DNA of 64,000 nucleotides from a virus. The stretch covers positions 64,001-128,000 of IMG/VR virus record IMGVR_UViG_3300035696_000005. One strand, written 5' to 3'. The number at the start of each line of letters is the position of its first letter. Positions within the stretch are counted from its first letter, which is position 1. A program made the position numbers and the translations under genes. The notes under the pieces were generated by a model. That model saw nothing but the letters and a program-made list of their open reading frames with translations. It did not search any database and was not told the origin of the DNA. Positions 36,963 to 45,114 of this stretch are shown here, one piece after another.

Positions 36963-38174
36963 CTACAAATGAAATTCCCGAACATCCTTACGAGTCGGGC
37001 CATACGAAATTAAGCCACTTTCCGCATCAAGACTATCCAGAAGTAACTTCATGAAGTTTTCCACTGAAGTTGACTGAAGAGAACTGCTAACGTTAAAGCC
37101 GTTACCGACGTTACAGTTGTAGATGACTCCACGATCCCCTACCTGATCGGCGCAGGTGATTGCGTAGTGAGGGCGGGCTATAAGTCCTCCTCCCCTAAAC
37201 AAATCATCCATTACTCGGGCGGTTAGATAATCGAAGTCGATGATTCCGAATCTGAGATCCCCCTGATGGGCGTTCGTCACATTCGTTGTGTCAGAGGCTT
37301 TGTCGTACGGAAGCTTTTCCATCTCCTCAGGAAAGGGTCCAGCTCCGTGCCGAGTGACGTAAGTCCTTGTTACGTAGTAAACATCGATCGGGGTAGCGAT
37401 ACTCCGAGCCGCGAGCAACTTAGCCACATTTTTTAGACCCGTCTTCGACCTGGTAACATGTGGAAAGAAGGTATGATCTTCATCCAACATGAGTCCTTGA
37501 GCACCCTCAAACACAACGTTCTCGTGATCTAGCTCCAGATCCTCCCACTTGCAAATATTTGTGAGAAAAACCATCTTCTCGCAATCTCCAAGAAAGTTCT
37601 CAAGGAGCTGAGGATGGTTGAGATAAGGAAGCTTACTGTCCGAAATCTTCAGCTGATCCAATCGAGCAGGAACATACTTCTCTCGAATGTGCTTCAGCTT
37701 ATCCATAAGATCTTTTGAGAAAAGATCCTTAAAGCTTAAGGTGAAGTCGGGGTCCTGATTGCGGTGAACGGTCTCGTTAAAACCCATGCCGCAACTTCCG
37801 TGCTTCTTATCCCCCCGAGATTCCTCGGCTGCCTGGTTGATCATGATGTCAAAAGGAGTCGTAATAGGGCAGCGATGGTCGATGTAGGTGTTTGGAGCAA
37901 AGCCCATCGCAGACAGGACTTTAAGTTCCTCAACAAAGAAAATTGGGCATGCAACAAAATATTGGCTTAAGAAGGTTTCAGCTTTAGCCAGGGTACCTGA
38001 TCCGAAATGATGAAACACGTGGCGTTTTCCTTCCGGGGTAACAACGGTGTGCCCGGCTTGCGCTCCGCCATTGAAGCGAACAACCATAGAACTCGACTGA
38101 GACGAGAGATAGTCAGTGATTAATCCTTTGCCTTCGTCCCCGTAGTTTGCACCGATAACTGTTGAAATTTTCAT
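36963..38174 (-). CDS. purA: Adenylosuccinate synthetase-like protein (divergent PurA clade)
   Basis: GDEGKG, RFNGGAQAGHT, EGAQG..LD, TRHGAGPF. Confidence 0.85.
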   Translation of the reverse strand: MKISTVIGANYGDEGKGLITDYLSSQSSSMVVRFNGGAQAGHTVVTPEGKRHVFHHFGSGTLAKAETFLSQYFVACPIFFVEELKVLSAMGFAPNTYIDHRCPITTPFDIMINQAAEESRGDKKHGSCGMGFNETVHRNQDPDFTLSFKDLFSKDLMDKLKHIREKYVPARLDQLKISDSKLPYLNHPQLLENFLGDCEKMVFLTNICKWEDLELDHENVVFEGAQGLMLDEDHTFFPHVTRSKTGLKNVAKLLAARSIATPIDVYYVTRTYVTRHGAGPFPEEMEKLPYDKASDTTNVTNAHQGDLRFGIIDFDYLTARVMDDLFRGGGLIARPHYAITCADQVGDRGVIYNCNVGNGFNVSSSLQSTSVENFMKLLLDSLDAESGLISYGPTRKDVREFHL

Positions 38175-38446
38175 ACTAACTCCTTATGCCCGCAAGGTTC
38201 CCCGCAGGCGCAAAAACATCCGAGAGGGCCAAAGCCAATAACGGATCGATGGACGAACACAAAATCACCGTCAGACAGTTCAGCAGTCTTTGGTGTGGGT
38301 TCTCCATTTATCCCATAGCCCCAACAGGGATACTTGGTCATAGCCTGAGTGAATTCTGGAACTGCCGCTATAGCCTCACCCACGGTATTCGCACAAACGA
38401 CGTGTTTGTCCTTCCCAAGCATCTGCACTACGATGTTCTTAGCCAC
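38171..38446 (-). CDS. Ubiquitin-like (beta-grasp) protein 2, no di-Gly, Cys-rich tail
   Basis: Aligns with 44412-44612 (MAK, Q.LG.D, TVG, NGEP, LSD..FV); ends IGFG-PLGCFCACGEPCGH. Confidence 0.65.
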   Translation of the reverse strand: MAKNIVVQMLGKDKHVVCANTVGEAIAAVPEFTQAMTKYPCWGYGINGEPTPKTAELSDGDFVFVHRSVIGFGPLGCFCACGEPCGHKELV

Positions 38447-38645
38447 TTTTGTTTTCTACTGCTTTTTTATGGATGTCAGATCCGACGAACGTTTCCACAG
38501 AGCCAAAACAAGGCTCACCCCAGCCTTCGTCCATGCCGCGCTGGTCCTTTTCTGCTTCTTTTGCCGACAAAAACCACGACGGGAAAGCTGAGCCATCCCC
38601 ACCATTTTGAATTGAGTACCAGACAATTACTTTCTTGAGTGCCAT
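38439..38645 (-). CDS. Hypothetical protein
   Basis: WYSIQNGGDGSA...W motif of small phage proteins. Confidence 0.65.
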   Translation of the reverse strand: MALKKVIVWYSIQNGGDGSAFPSWFLSAKEAEKDQRGMDEGWGEPCFGSVETFVGSDIHKKAVENKSG

Positions 38646-38664
38646 GCTTCCTCCAAAATAAAAA

Positions 38665-38692
38665 ATGCGGGCAAGGTTTCCCCTGCCCGCAT
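38665..38692 (-). terminator. Intrinsic terminator
   Basis: ATGCGGGCA/TGCCCGCAT stem then U-tract. Confidence 0.7.
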
Positions 38693-38697
38693 CAAAT

Positions 38698-39612
38698 TTA
38701 CAGGGACGCGGTTCCCGAGCCCCTACCTGCCGAAAGAGAACTTACGGCATTTCTTACAACTACTGCGGTGTTACCTTCCCAGCTTGAGGCAACATCGTCG
38801 TGATCGTGTCCTTCATTGACCTGAATGGCGCTGACGATCACTTCAGCAAGTTTAGTGTGATCCGCAAGACGGATCGCACGTTGCGGAAGAATTCGGTTCC
38901 AGTCTTGGAAAACCTGATCTGTTCTTCCGCGAGCATAACTACCTTCTTCCACAATAATGTGGAATACCTCATAGACCCGAGAGACTTCAGTGAGAAGCTC
39001 ACGTGCCGAAATATCGGTATGAGCATTATCACCAAAGAAGTTATTCAGGTCCCTGGCTCGAAGCATTGGGGTAGGCAGCTCGTCACCGATGGTGAAGAGA
39101 TAACCTTTCTTGCCCCGCTTCTCAACGCAGTCCGTACTGGTATGGCGAGCTCCCATGTACCAGGCAGCGATATAGGACTCGTAAGGATTCCCACCACCTC
39201 CGCCTTCCAGGTAGAACTTCTCCAGCTGCTGGGCGATCCTGAGATCGGCTTCAAACTGGGTTGCCTGGACAGGAGCACGGTCGCATTCCATATCACCGAT
39301 AGCCATGCACATAATGTGCGGATCAGTGACGGGTCTACGCTGGTAGATCTCCGATACCAGAGTTGGAACCCCTTTGCGAGCCATGTGATCTGAGATCATT
39401 CCCATTGATCCGGTAACGTCCTGAGCGATGATGATCGCTGTAGACTGCGGATTATCAGAGGAATCTCTGGATTCACGGACTCTGACGCCCTTCACATCCA
39501 GAGCGGCATCGATCCTCCGGCTGGTGAAAATCTCGTCCGTGGTCTTCGTTTCGTAGCTATTTGTCGTAGCGTAGGCTTCCCAATCCTTCGGATTAAACCT
39601 TCCTGATCCCAT
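38698..39612 (-). CDS. vWA-like domain protein
   Basis: IAQDVTGSMG, AIGD, EGGGGGNPYESY, FTIGDE. Confidence 0.8.
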   Translation of the reverse strand: MGSGRFNPKDWEAYATTNSYETKTTDEIFTSRRIDAALDVKGVRVRESRDSSDNPQSTAIIIAQDVTGSMGMISDHMARKGVPTLVSEIYQRRPVTDPHIMCMAIGDMECDRAPVQATQFEADLRIAQQLEKFYLEGGGGGNPYESYIAAWYMGARHTSTDCVEKRGKKGYLFTIGDELPTPMLRARDLNNFFGDNAHTDISARELLTEVSRVYEVFHIIVEEGSYARGRTDQVFQDWNRILPQRAIRLADHTKLAEVIVSAIQVNEGHDHDDVASSWEGNTAVVVRNAVSSLSAGRGSGTASL

Positions 39613-39614
39613 CG

Positions 39615-39782
39615 TTAGCTCTCCTTAGCAGGCGAATGACCGCCTTCGTTTTCCATTGCTTCAGCCGGGGTGGCTTCAGCGGGTGTGGCCTCGATAGCGG
39701 CAGGTGCTGCTTCAGCAGGCTTTGCCTCACCTTCCGGTGCCTTTGCATATTCTTCCATCGTTGTACTAGATACTCCGCCCAT
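39615..39782 (-). CDS. 55-aa Ala/Glu/Pro-rich peptide
   Basis: GGAG RBS; PAEA repeats; below ORF cutoff. Confidence 0.55.
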   Translation of the reverse strand: MGGVSSTTMEEYAKAPEGEAKPAEAAPAAIEATPAEATPAEAMENEGGHSPAKES

Positions 39783-39817
39783 AAATTCTCCTATTGGTGA
39801 CTACGTTTTAAATCTAC

Positions 39818-40036
39818 AAATAAAGAGAGGACACCGGGTCAAGGTCGGTGTCCTCTCCATCTTCTCGGGTCAGATTCCTGTCCGGCCCTTAACAGGCTCC
39901 TTTAAGGACAGCCGCCACTACCCTCCATTGGACTGACAGCCGGGCGACACTTCACAGAAAATCCCCCGTAATGGGATTTTGTTTTCTGTGGATAGGGTGA
40001 TGCTCGTATTACGCCGCCGAGAAAATACTTTTGCCC
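39818..40036 (-). ncRNA. Candidate standalone structured ncRNA or leader (about 220 nt) ending in terminator 39825-39857
   Basis: Own promoter motif at 40043-40064, no ORF, nested stems and a loop-loop complement, 12-bp terminator. Confidence 0.6.
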
Positions 40037-40042
40037 CAAAGA

Positions 40043-40064
40043 CTTATACCCATATCTTGGGTAT
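40043..40064 (-). promoter_or_regulatory. ATACCC-N10-TATAAG motif copy 3 (inverted repeat ATACCCA/TGGGTAT)
   Basis: Intergenic, upstream of candidate ncRNA. Confidence 0.65.
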
Positions 40065-40065
40065 T

Positions 40066-40278
40066 TTAGAATCCCTTTCTGGTTGGAACCGACTGCTCAA
40101 TTCCCATACCGCTATTGGCTACTGTCTGAAGGTGCTTAGAACAAGATTCACAAAACCTATGCGACTTATCGGTCTTAATCATCTTGCCACCACACCATCC
40201 AAGACACGGTCTATATTTAACTCCCTTCTGTTTATGAGCAACATTTCTCGACATGTTCTTAGAGGTTTTAGAGCTCAT
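40066..40278 (-). CDS. Small Zn-finger protein (end of Ubl operon)
   Basis: CLGWC...CESC. Confidence 0.65.
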   Translation of the reverse strand: MSSKTSKNMSRNVAHKQKGVKYRPCLGWCGGKMIKTDKSHRFCESCSKHLQTVANSGMGIEQSVPTRKGF

Positions 40279-40976
40279 CGAGGGGCTCCGGAAGTCAGTC
40301 CCTGAACAAACAGATCCATCACGTTGCGTCTCTGCGAGGGTGGAACGGGGAAGTGATCAAGAGCATTCTGAAATGCCGTAGCAACCGCTTCAGGACTGAG
40401 CCCAGGCGTTCTTGGGATTGTCGTTGGACCGCCTAGCGCACCGGTGACACGTGCCGCGAACTCCACCGCAGAAGTAGGTTCTCTAAAGAAGACTCTTTGT
40501 TCTTCGCTGCTGATACCCCACTCTTCGCGCTCATCGTTCCAGTAAGGTCCGCGATATTCTCTCTCCAACTTCTCAACCCAGTTGGCTGAATGACGTATCA
40601 AGGCCGACATACCCCCGCTAAAGCCACGGGAAAAGACAAGCGAGCCTCTCATTAGCTCTGGAAATGAGACACGGTTAACAATGTCGTAAATCTTTACGAC
40701 CATCATGTCAGCCGTTCCCATGACAATCTGCCTTTCGGCAATAATGTGGTTTTTGAAAATCAGTTCGGTAAACATATTCACCTCCGTAGCGGGTAATATT
40801 TGTCGAGCAACACTTTCGCCGAGCATATCCGGAAACATCAGCTCGTACATATCTCGGATATTAAACCCAGTAGTCGACTCAAACGGCTTTAAGAAAATAT
40901 CATCGAGAATAAGGTCTAGACCTTCAAGTCTTCTTCCACGCGATGAATTGGTCATCCTTAATGCTCCATTGGGCAA
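40275..40976 (-). CDS. Hypothetical protein in Ubl operon
   Basis: Contiguous with E1; start probably MTNSSR. Confidence 0.6.
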   Translation of the reverse strand: MPNGALRMTNSSRGRRLEGLDLILDDIFLKPFESTTGFNIRDMYELMFPDMLGESVARQILPATEVNMFTELIFKNHIIAERQIVMGTADMMVVKIYDIVNRVSFPELMRGSLVFSRGFSGGMSALIRHSANWVEKLEREYRGPYWNDEREEWGISSEEQRVFFREPTSAVEFAARVTGALGGPTTIPRTPGLSPEAVATAFQNALDHFPVPPSQRRNVMDLFVQGLTSGAPR

Positions 40977-41748
40977 GCCTGAGATACTTCCCAGGACTTG
41001 TCACAAGATCTTTGACTGCCTTAGCTACCAGCCCAGACAGCATATTTGCGGTGTAAATTGTAGCTTTTGCCGTGCATCTCTCTTGGACCGCTGAATCGTC
41101 CGTATAGAGGGTCTTCTCATAACTCTCGATATCCCTCTCATCCATCGGGCTCATGACGTAAAGCAGTGCCGTCTCAGCCCCCATCCTAGGATCGATGATT
41201 GCCTTTGTGAACGGAGCCTGATTTTTGTGGTTCATCCAGATGCGCTTACGCACTTCCATTGAATCCACAGCCGAGATCACAATGCCTGGGAATGTGCCGC
41301 GCTCATAACGTTCATCGCGTGCAGCGATCTCAGTCTTGGTGAAATCAGCCACAAGCTTCTGAAGAGCAGTGACCTTCTTTGTTCCGATGTCGCTATAGCG
41401 ATAAAATTGGCTATTCATGTTCTCTTCTTCGATCTTATCGAAGTCGATAATAGTAATATCGCCGAAACCCATCTTAGCCAAAGCGAGAGCGGTGAATGAG
41501 CCAATGGCCCCTGCCCCAATGATCGTGATCTTTTCTCCTAACACTTCGAGGGGAATCAAATCCAACTGACGCGTCAAATTGACATTCTTAAGTTCCATAT
41601 TTCCTCCATAAAACCATTCTGTTGTGCAGATGTCTCCACAGAGCATGTCTCCTACGGACCAAATGACTGAGCCGCAATTTTTGCAATGCTCCTTCAAATG
41701 AATCCGTAGGAGAAATCTATCGAGTCTGCCGAGCTTCTTACCAACCAC
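40924..41748 (-). CDS. E1-like (ThiF/MoeB family) Ubl-activating enzyme; main start 41598, optional in-frame N-terminal Zn finger
   Basis: RQLD, IIGAGAIGS, DFDKIEEEN..SQ, K, SAVDS, IDPRMG, catalytic-like ERCT. Confidence 0.9.
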   Translation of the reverse strand: MVGKKLGRLDRFLLRIHLKEHCKNCGSVIWSVGDMLCGDICTTEWFYGGNMELKNVNLTRQLDLIPLEVLGEKITIIGAGAIGSFTALALAKMGFGDITIIDFDKIEEENMNSQFYRYSDIGTKKVTALQKLVADFTKTEIAARDERYERGTFPGIVISAVDSMEVRKRIWMNHKNQAPFTKAIIDPRMGAETALLYVMSPMDERDIESYEKTLYTDDSAVQERCTAKATIYTANMLSGLVAKAVKDLVTSPGKYLRLAQWSIKDDQFIAWKKT

Positions 41749-42514
41749 CCGAGTGGCCGTTTCTCATCGGCGGCCCTGCCTTGGGCGCGCCGATTGTTCG
41801 TCGTTCCTCCAAATACTCCTGAATTTCTTCAGGAGTCATGGGTGGAATCCGATCCTCGATCCCTGGACCATCATCCTCAACGGTGCGGCTTGGGTGGTGC
41901 GGAAGGAGAGGAAGCTGCCCACCTTCCCCACTTCTGAAGTCGCTTGAGCTTCTTCCGCTCTCGCTTGGATAGCGACTTTCCGACTTTCCCCAGGTGTAAG
42001 TCCTCATGAGATTAGTCACATTCTTCTCATAATCATCATCCCATTTCTTGACCGCTTCAGGATCAAGATACTGGATTTGCTGAGTAGGAATGTTATCGAT
42101 GAATCCCAAAGGAAGTGGGCTTACCATGCTCAATGCAGAGCGCATTTCATGCCTCTTATTGAATACGGTGGAAACAAACCAACCCCCTTGAGTGATCTTA
42201 TCGATTGTGTCGCGATCCGTTCCACTCCAGAAGACATCCATGTTGACGTGGCTATGCCACCACCAACGAAGATCTCCGGGAGTATCCTTAAGAAGGAACA
42301 TCGCCTTACCAACATCAGCACCCTCGATGTCGGTATGCGCTGAACCGTTCTTTTGAGGAAGAAGAATCGCATCGATCACCGTGATCCTTCCGTCCTTGTA
42401 GGTGATCTTACCGAGACCGGAAACTTCATAGCTCGACTTGTTCACCCAGTGCATGATCTTATGGTAGACCATGCTCTCAATCATAATGTGCGTTCCAACT
42501 ACTTCATTTGCCAT
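41738..42514 (-). CDS. JAB/JAMM metallopeptidase (deubiquitinase-like)
   Basis: YEVSG (Glu), WWHSH...FWSGTD JAMM motif. Confidence 0.9.
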   Translation of the reverse strand: MANEVVGTHIMIESMVYHKIMHWVNKSSYEVSGLGKITYKDGRITVIDAILLPQKNGSAHTDIEGADVGKAMFLLKDTPGDLRWWWHSHVNMDVFWSGTDRDTIDKITQGGWFVSTVFNKRHEMRSALSMVSPLPLGFIDNIPTQQIQYLDPEAVKKWDDDYEKNVTNLMRTYTWGKSESRYPSESGRSSSDFRSGEGGQLPLLPHHPSRTVEDDGPGIEDRIPPMTPEEIQEYLEERRTIGAPKAGPPMRNGHSGGW

Positions 42515-42529
42515 GAATGATTCCTTTCA

Positions 42530-43885
42530 TTAATCACGGTTGTCTTCACGACGTTCAGGTGCTGCGCTCATAAACGCCTCTACGTTAGCAGAGGGTGTTA
42601 GAGGAGGATTCAGGTTCGGTCCAACAAAGATTGGATTAAGAGCTCCCCTGAGCCTACTAAATTCCTCCTGTCTACGAGCTGACTCACGAGACACCCTGCA
42701 GATATCGCACTCACACCCATCCATTGCGGGTTGAGTTGAATCTGTCGGGTGACCTGGCGGAGGTGTTACCCTATCCAATGAGATTCCCCTAAGAGCCTGA
42801 AGGAGGGCTTCGTTTTCGGAGAATGACCCGATCGATACCTCTACGGGACTGGTAAGACCCTCTAGAATACTAATCCCAGGATGCCTCGCGTAACCCATTA
42901 CTGGCGGTGCCGGACGAACTTCCGTTGCAGCAGCAGCCGCACGAGCTCTCCCGGCCTCCATCTCAGGGGGAAGGGGCGGCGGAGCATCTTTAGGAGGTGC
43001 GTCTCTCTCTGCCTTTTTCTGAAATTCAGCCAATGATCTGTAGGGGTTTCCATCGTTATAGTTCGTTAGAACGCTAGCGAGGAGCCTCAGAACATCGGCA
43101 ATTTCTCCTTTCGGTAGTTTTTGAGCCACAGTAGTTGCGGCAGTTCCCCAACAGATGTTTCCGGAAGGGTTAATGTGTGGGTGATAGTAGCCTCCCTCAA
43201 GTTCGATGTTCCCTTCATACTTAAGAACGCTTACCGTCATAGCACGAAGATTGATGATTGCGCGAACCTTCCCAAAGTTCACGCGAAGATCAATGCTTGC
43301 AGCCGCGTTCCGTTGTGTTAGAAGAATATCGTTCCTGGTAGTGAGTTCCAGATTCTCACCTGTCAGCTGGTGAAAATCCCAGAAGTTCTCCTGAAGAATC
43401 TGGGCAATCTGACCCGAAGCCGTTGATTCGCGACGCTCCAAAGCCATGATGTTTACTTCAACCCTGTGGGCTTCCGTAAGGTCGGCGTTGGCTCGCTCGA
43501 ACGAACGAATCGCGTTTGAGATATAGGAATCTCTGTTCTTCCTAAGATTCAAGATCTCCCGATCAGTCTGAGTTCTGGTCAGCGCGTCGATTTGATCACT
43601 GATCCGCTGCTCTAGAGCAAAGACCTGAGCCGGGGTCTTAGTCTTGATTTCCTCAACCTTCGCAAAAAATCTTTTGTTGATCTCCGTCTTATCGGTAATG
43701 AGTTCATTGCCCTTACCAGCACCAAAGACCTGAAGAAGATCCCAGGGCTCCATTTTGGTGCCAGTCTGGTTGGCAAGAAGCTCGATGTATTGAACTGCCA
43801 GGATGTGTGCCTTTTGCTTTTCGGCACCCATCCTGGAGAACGGCTTATAGCCTGAACGAATAACTTCACGTAGATTCATGACCAT
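42530..43885 (-). CDS. E2-like Ubl-conjugating enzyme with long helical N-terminus
   Basis: YYHPHINPSGNICWG (HPH...G.IC active site), LL..VL..YN...PY. Confidence 0.82.
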   Translation of the reverse strand: MVMNLREVIRSGYKPFSRMGAEKQKAHILAVQYIELLANQTGTKMEPWDLLQVFGAGKGNELITDKTEINKRFFAKVEEIKTKTPAQVFALEQRISDQIDALTRTQTDREILNLRKNRDSYISNAIRSFERANADLTEAHRVEVNIMALERRESTASGQIAQILQENFWDFHQLTGENLELTTRNDILLTQRNAAASIDLRVNFGKVRAIINLRAMTVSVLKYEGNIELEGGYYHPHINPSGNICWGTAATTVAQKLPKGEIADVLRLLASVLTNYNDGNPYRSLAEFQKKAERDAPPKDAPPPLPPEMEAGRARAAAAATEVRPAPPVMGYARHPGISILEGLTSPVEVSIGSFSENEALLQALRGISLDRVTPPPGHPTDSTQPAMDGCECDICRVSRESARRQEEFSRLRGALNPIFVGPNLNPPLTPSANVEAFMSAAPERREDNRD

Positions 43886-44343
43886 CTCCCCACTTTCTCG
43901 GCATAGTATTCATCGCCATTACTGTCGAAGTAAGTTAGTTCCAAGGAGTCAGGAGCTCTTGGAATATCGTACCCACCGTAGTTGCAGTGCCCAAGGTCAA
44001 GCAAATAGTCCCTAGCAGCGTCCGTCATCGCCTTTAGATCTTTTTGCTCTTCCTCGGAAATATTAAACTTTTTAGCCACTGCTGCCACTAGAACTGGGTT
44101 ATTAGCAAACTTTTTGGCAGTATCATCCAACAGCTCGTCGCAGTCATCGCCACCAAGACCACGGCTGGCAACCTTAATTTGCTCCCTGTAAAGCTTCATC
44201 AGCTCTTCGATCTCGCCCTCATACTTATCCGAATATACAAGGCCGGTCTTGTATCCGTCCGCATCACCCTCCATGAAGGTAATGGCAAGACGATACTGAT
44301 TTTTTCGGCAAGCCTGCTTAAGTTTTAATTTAGAAACGTCCAT
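43876..44343 (-). CDS. Hypothetical protein between Ubl and E2
   Basis: Contains MEGDAD motif; overlaps E2 start. Confidence 0.65.
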   Translation of the reverse strand: MDVSKLKLKQACRKNQYRLAITFMEGDADGYKTGLVYSDKYEGEIEELMKLYREQIKVASRGLGGDDCDELLDDTAKKFANNPVLVAAVAKKFNISEEEQKDLKAMTDAARDYLLDLGHCNYGGYDIPRAPDSLELTYFDSNGDEYYAEKVGRWS

Positions 44344-44366
44344 GCACGCGCCCCCTAAAAAATAAA

Positions 44367-44392
44367 AGGGACGCCTGAAACCAGGCGTCCCT
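44367..44392 (-). terminator. Intrinsic terminator after Ubl gene
   Basis: 11-bp stem AGGGACGCCTG/CAGGCGTCCCT then TTTATTTTT. Confidence 0.75.
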
Positions 44393-44411
44393 CAATTCCC
44401 TTCGACCTAAA

Positions 44412-44612
44412 TTAGATCTTGCCGCCCTTGACTGCCGGGCTCAGCGAGACGAATTCGAAGTCAGACAGCTGGTAGCTATCTTCAGCCGGTTCGCCGTTGA
44501 CGGTGGCGGTGTGGGTCGCTACACCGAGGCGAGACTTAACCTGGCCTACGGTCCCGCAATCATCGAGAACCTTCGGGTCGCCGCCCAGGACTTGTGCAGT
44601 TACTTTTGCCAT
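44412..44612 (-). CDS. Ubiquitin-like (ThiS/MoaD fold) modifier, C-terminal GG followed by KI
   Basis: 66 aa; TVGQV, VNGEPA, L.D...V.L...VKGG; first gene of E2/JAB/E1 operon. Confidence 0.88.
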   Translation of the reverse strand: MAKVTAQVLGGDPKVLDDCGTVGQVKSRLGVATHTATVNGEPAEDSYQLSDFEFVSLSPAVKGGKI

Positions 44613-44708
44613 TTTGTTTCTCCTTCTTTCTTGTACAAGTTACAACGAGAGATCTATCCCTCGCACCAGTCTTATATCTCACACTAGGAAGAATTTGCCT
44701 AGCTAAAA

Positions 44709-44737
44709 AAAGACCCCGCTAAGTACGCGGGGTCTTT
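44709..44737 (-). terminator. Intrinsic terminator upstream of Ubl operon
   Basis: AAAGACCCCGC/GCGGGGTCTTT stem plus U-tract. Confidence 0.7.
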
Positions 44738-44739
44738 GA

Positions 44740-45114
44740 CTAAAGCTCCTCCCAGTGTTTCTCGATGATGTCAGCGATTTCGTTGAAAGTATGCCCCTCA
44801 TCATTTAGCCTGGTGAGAACAAAACGATTGTTTCCTTCCGTGAACTCCCCGTAACTACTCTTAAGATCACACTGTTTCATATGATCTGGTGCTAGGACAC
44901 CAAATGGATTAGTGACACCAGGTCCTTCGTGCGCATATTTGTAAGCATCCGTGCCTTTGTCCATCGGCTTAATTCCGTTGATATCCAAGAGAACCCCCAG
45001 ACAACAGAACTTTCCGTCAAGACTTTGCAGAAAAGATTTTCCCTGTTCGTATTTCTTAGAGCGAAGGGCTGTGACCCACTTATCTGCGTTTTCTTTTTTC
45101 ACAGAGCCTCCCAA
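44740..45114 (-). CDS. W-x-x-ALRS...FCCLGVL family protein (paralogue 2)
   Basis: Tandem with 45099-45449. Confidence 0.75.
   Translation of the reverse strand: MGGSVKKENADKWVTALRSKKYEQGKSFLQSLDGKFCCLGVLLDINGIKPMDKGTDAYKYAHEGPGVTNPFGVLAPDHMKQCDLKSSYGEFTEGNNRFVLTRLNDEGHTFNEIADIIEKHWEEL

Noticed and set aside
36963-38174. PurZ / 2-aminoadenine genome pathway
   Set aside because: Catalytic position is Asp (GDEGKG), not Ser as in PurZ, and no dATPase/MazZ partners are adjacent
40924-44612. Thiamine or molybdopterin biosynthesis (ThiF-ThiS)
   Set aside because: An E2-like enzyme is present, and thiG/moaE or other cofactor genes are absent
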